NCBI GenBank assembly: GCA_964016885.1
Contig: OZ024740.1
Location: 26,908,001 to 26,972,000, forward strand
Direction of reading: 5' to 3'
Source: Eledone cirrhosa
Lineage: Eukaryota
DNA length: 64,000 nt
Part shown: positions 60,637-64,000 of the stretch, piece by piece
How positions within the stretch are numbered: position 1 is the stretch's first letter
Layout: every line of letters begins with the position of its first letter
The notes under the pieces: model-generated
What the model was told of the DNA's origin: nothing
What the model saw: the letters and a program-made list of their open reading frames with translations, nothing else
The model's database searches: none
Made by a program: the position numbers and the translations under genes

Positions 60637-61906
60637 CAATATATAACAGTTTTACAAATAGGTTTGACGTACCCTTTTAAAATACAACCATTACTTTTGG
60701 AGGCTGTCTGGATAGTGATTTGTTTATATAATAAGTCATAGTGTTAAGCACAATTAGAAAAAGACGGAGAGAAAGAAAAAAGACGAAGAGAGAGAAAAGA
60801 ACAACGACAGAGAGAGAGAAAGAAAAGAGAAAGAAAAGAGAGAGAAAGAAAACCTGGAGAAATATCGGAGAGAGAGAGAAATGTATGGAGAAAAGAAAGA
60901 GATAGATAAAGATAGGAGGAAATAAAAAAGAAAGAAAAGGAAGGAATAAGAAAAACAAAGGAAAGCAACAGAGCGATATCAAGTCATCATACAGAAAGAA
61001 AAACTCAAGAGAGAGAAATACTATATAGAGAGAGTGGGGACAGTGACAACTTTACATCATGTCATATTAAGTTGAGTTAGCAATTTATATGAAATGAATA
61101 ATAAAAATATAAATATAAGTATCAATATTCATGAATGGGACATAGATATATAATATGATAAATTAAACATTGTTCAATAATGACCATATGTTTAGTTTAG
61201 AAACTTGAGATCAATATACCAAAATCTGAGTTCAAAATGTACCCTTGCTATAGAGATTAGTGTTTTATGCAAAGACAACAAATATATATGTATACATACA
61301 TACATATAGATACGCACGTCCTGAAAATAGAAATTATGTTTACTCAAGCCAACAATATAGCCATACAAAACGTAAATGATTTCTCTTAATCACTGCTATA
61401 CATTCCTTGTGTTATAATAATTTCCCAGTATATATATACAAATATATACGATTAACAATCATGTCCTCATATATACGATTACCATTCATGTGTTTAATAT
61501 TATGCACATCTGCAACATACCTCTCAACCACATAGATACATTTATTCTGATCCTAGTTTTAATCACCAGATTACTGCCATGTTTGGCTACCACCTTCAAG
61601 TATTTAGTCGGCTATATTGACCTTCTATTTTTTTCTACATAGGTATTCGGTCTGGCTTTTATTTGAGCCATTTCTTTTTGTCGAATGGGTAAGTTACAAG
61701 AGATAAACACTCACATACATGGACACACTCTAAATATACTTGTACTAATATGTATATATATATATATATATATTTTCTTCTTGATGATTTCTCCCGAATG
61801 AAACAGTTCTAGTCCTGTAGAACCCTTTCTATATTAAATATTTATACTCTTCATTGTAGTGAGTACCTTACTTACTGTGGCTACCCCCTATTGAACCTGG
61901 GATAAA

Positions 61907-62006
<100 letters not shown>

Positions 62007-62366
62007 GCGAGAGAGAGATAGAGAGCGAGAGATAATGAGAGAGAGAGAAAGACAGAGAGAGACAGACAGATAAACTGACAGGCATACACAGATAGATAGA
62101 AAGAGAGAGGGACAGACAGATAGGCAGACAGGCAGGCAGACTGACCGACAGAGCGAGACGGACAGGCATACTGATAAACAGACATAGATAGAAGGAAAAA
62201 GAGAGAGGGAGAGACAGAGAGAAAGAGAGAGCGAGGATGGGTATAAATGTGAAGATAAATAGTTATTACTGCAGGAACCGACGAAGAAAATGAATAAAAG
62301 TTGGGAGGAAGTTGGAAAGGTGTGAGGGTGTTGATGTGCAAATCATACACAGATAGCACATCTCAC

Positions 62367-62423
62367 TCCCTAACACAATCTTTCTCTTTCTGCTGCAACT
62401 GATTGGTGGCTCGCTTGTATGAC
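62367..62423 (-). CDS. Candidate 57-nt internal exon of an unidentified gene
   Basis: cacttttcattag | G TCA TAC..AGG GA | gtgaga; open frame SYKRATNQLQQKEKDCVR; no homology recognised. Confidence 0.25.
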
Positions 62424-63020
62424 CTAATGAAAAGTGCATTTCATAAACGACGGTATGGGTGATTGGATATATGGATGGCTGGACGGAAGGGCGGGGGTCA
62501 AATAAATCAATAGTAGAACAGAGGGTAGGAATTTAAAGAAATACATCGAAAGCAAATAGCCCCCCCCCCCAAAAAAAAAGAAGAAATCAACAAAATTACA
62601 CAAGAAGAAAATATAGAAATACTGAGAAAAAACGAGAAACAAACGAGATTGTTCGATATTAGCCGCCATGTTTTTAGAATGAAACAATGAAGAAGAACGA
62701 AAATAAAAATGTAGATGAACTAATAATATTTCTGGAATATTCTGAAGAGAAATGTACTTAGTATTTTCTGTTAATGATGTTAGTATTATTTGTGGTGATG
62801 TTAAAGATACAGGATAATCTCAAAACTCTATGAAAGAACCTATGGCAAAGATGTATTCTGTTCAAAGTGTATTTCGATATTTCGAACAATATTAGGAATG
62901 TGATATGCGTTGAAATGGCGGGTAATATATATATGTGTGTGTATAGAATAGATAGTACGCAAAGAGAGGAAGAGAGAGATGTTGATATATAGATAGATAG
63001 ATAACTATAGAGATAGATAG

Positions 63021-63220
63021 ATGGATTGGCAGTATTGGTAGAGGGTCGGACGCCATGCTTTGCAGCAAATAGTTACGTCCCTTTATGGTTTGAGTTCAAA
63101 TCCCGCCGAGGTTAACTTTGCCTTTCATCCTTACGGGGTCGATAAAATAAAGCACCAGAAATACACTGGGATAATTGCTGGCCTTGTGCCAAATGTAGAA
63201 ACAATTATTATTATTATTAT
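63021..63220 (+). mobile_element. SINE family 1, full length with (ATT)n tail
   Basis: A/B boxes, core and tail. Confidence 0.9.
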
Positions 63221-63734
63221 TTATATATATAGTTCGGATCTGTTGAAACGGCCGGAGTCAGCCGTCGGGTCCTGATTTGTTCATATAGAGAGAGATGGAG
63301 AGATATGGAGATAGAGATATAGATAGATAGATTAGGAAATATAGAAAATGGATAATATAGCAAGATAGAAGCTAGAAGATAGGCGAATGGCATATTAAAT
63401 AAGAATAAGCCATCAGCCTGGAATTAGTTTATTATTGTTAGAAACGAATTGGATGGATATATGATTTATGATTGGAAGCAAATGAATTTATGAATATATA
63501 ATTAGATAATTAGGAGAACGAGAAGGGGAGTTGCGGTGACTATCTCTTCAATAAATTACTAAAGAAAAATATTATAATGAAGGAGAGGCTGAGAGAAGGA
63601 TAGGTTGATAGAAGGAAAAATACGTAAGAAATATTCTATGAACGAATGAAAAAAAAATAAAATAAATAAAATAAAGATAAAATATATCTAGTTTCTACAT
63701 AGGGGTTCGATAGATAGATAGATAGATAGATATG

Positions 63735-64000
63735 TTTCTTTTATTTGCCACCAGGGCATCAAAAGTGGGACAAGTACAATGGGGGAGTTTACAAAACAAG
63801 GCGTCCTCAATAAGGAGGAGGCAATAACAATATATAAAAATAAAATAAAATATAACATAAAATATAATTTATAACAAAGTCCTCAATAGAGAGGAGGCGC
63901 CTTGGGGGGGTCGCACACACCCCCGAAAAATAGTGTGCAACCCTTCTCCTCAGGAGCACAGAGAAGGGGTGTTCCCTTGGTCTTTCATCTTCCTCACCTA
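63735..64000 (-). mobile_element. Probable 3' UTR of a LINE (L1/Tx1-like) running off the window
   Basis: Minus strand ends GGTGGCAAATAAAAGAAA and abuts (TATC)n; GC-richer hairpins lie upstream; no ORF in the window. Confidence 0.45.

Noticed and set aside
63200-63220. Dong/R4 as the mobilising partner of SINE family 1
   Set aside because: The SINE sense tail is (ATT)n, the opposite polarity to the (TAA)n flanking sense-strand Dong copies, and no 3' sequence is shared.

Overview
AT-rich, microsatellite-saturated eukaryotic DNA. The repeat repertoire resembles a coleoid cephalopod (octopus-like); this is inference from recalled repeats, not a database search. No intact protein-coding gene is evident, and nearly all listed ORFs are translations of (TA)n, (CA)n, (GA)n or (GGT)n. 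The window holds ~20 copies of a tRNA-headed SINE (some with target-site duplications), two stacked R4/Dong-type 3' ends in a (TAA)n array, decayed L1/Tx1 and RTE fragments, a non-autonomous Helitron, a TTAA-flanked MITE, 17-bp and 18-bp tandem arrays, and an assembly gap. The most notable signal is that many short islands between (TA)n tracts carry minimal type I hammerhead ribozyme motifs, often as inverted (fold-back) pairs. At least three families show the complete fold, including a U3:A8 core variant. This matches the known termini of Penelope-like retroelements. A few weak minus-strand exon candidates are flagged at low confidence.
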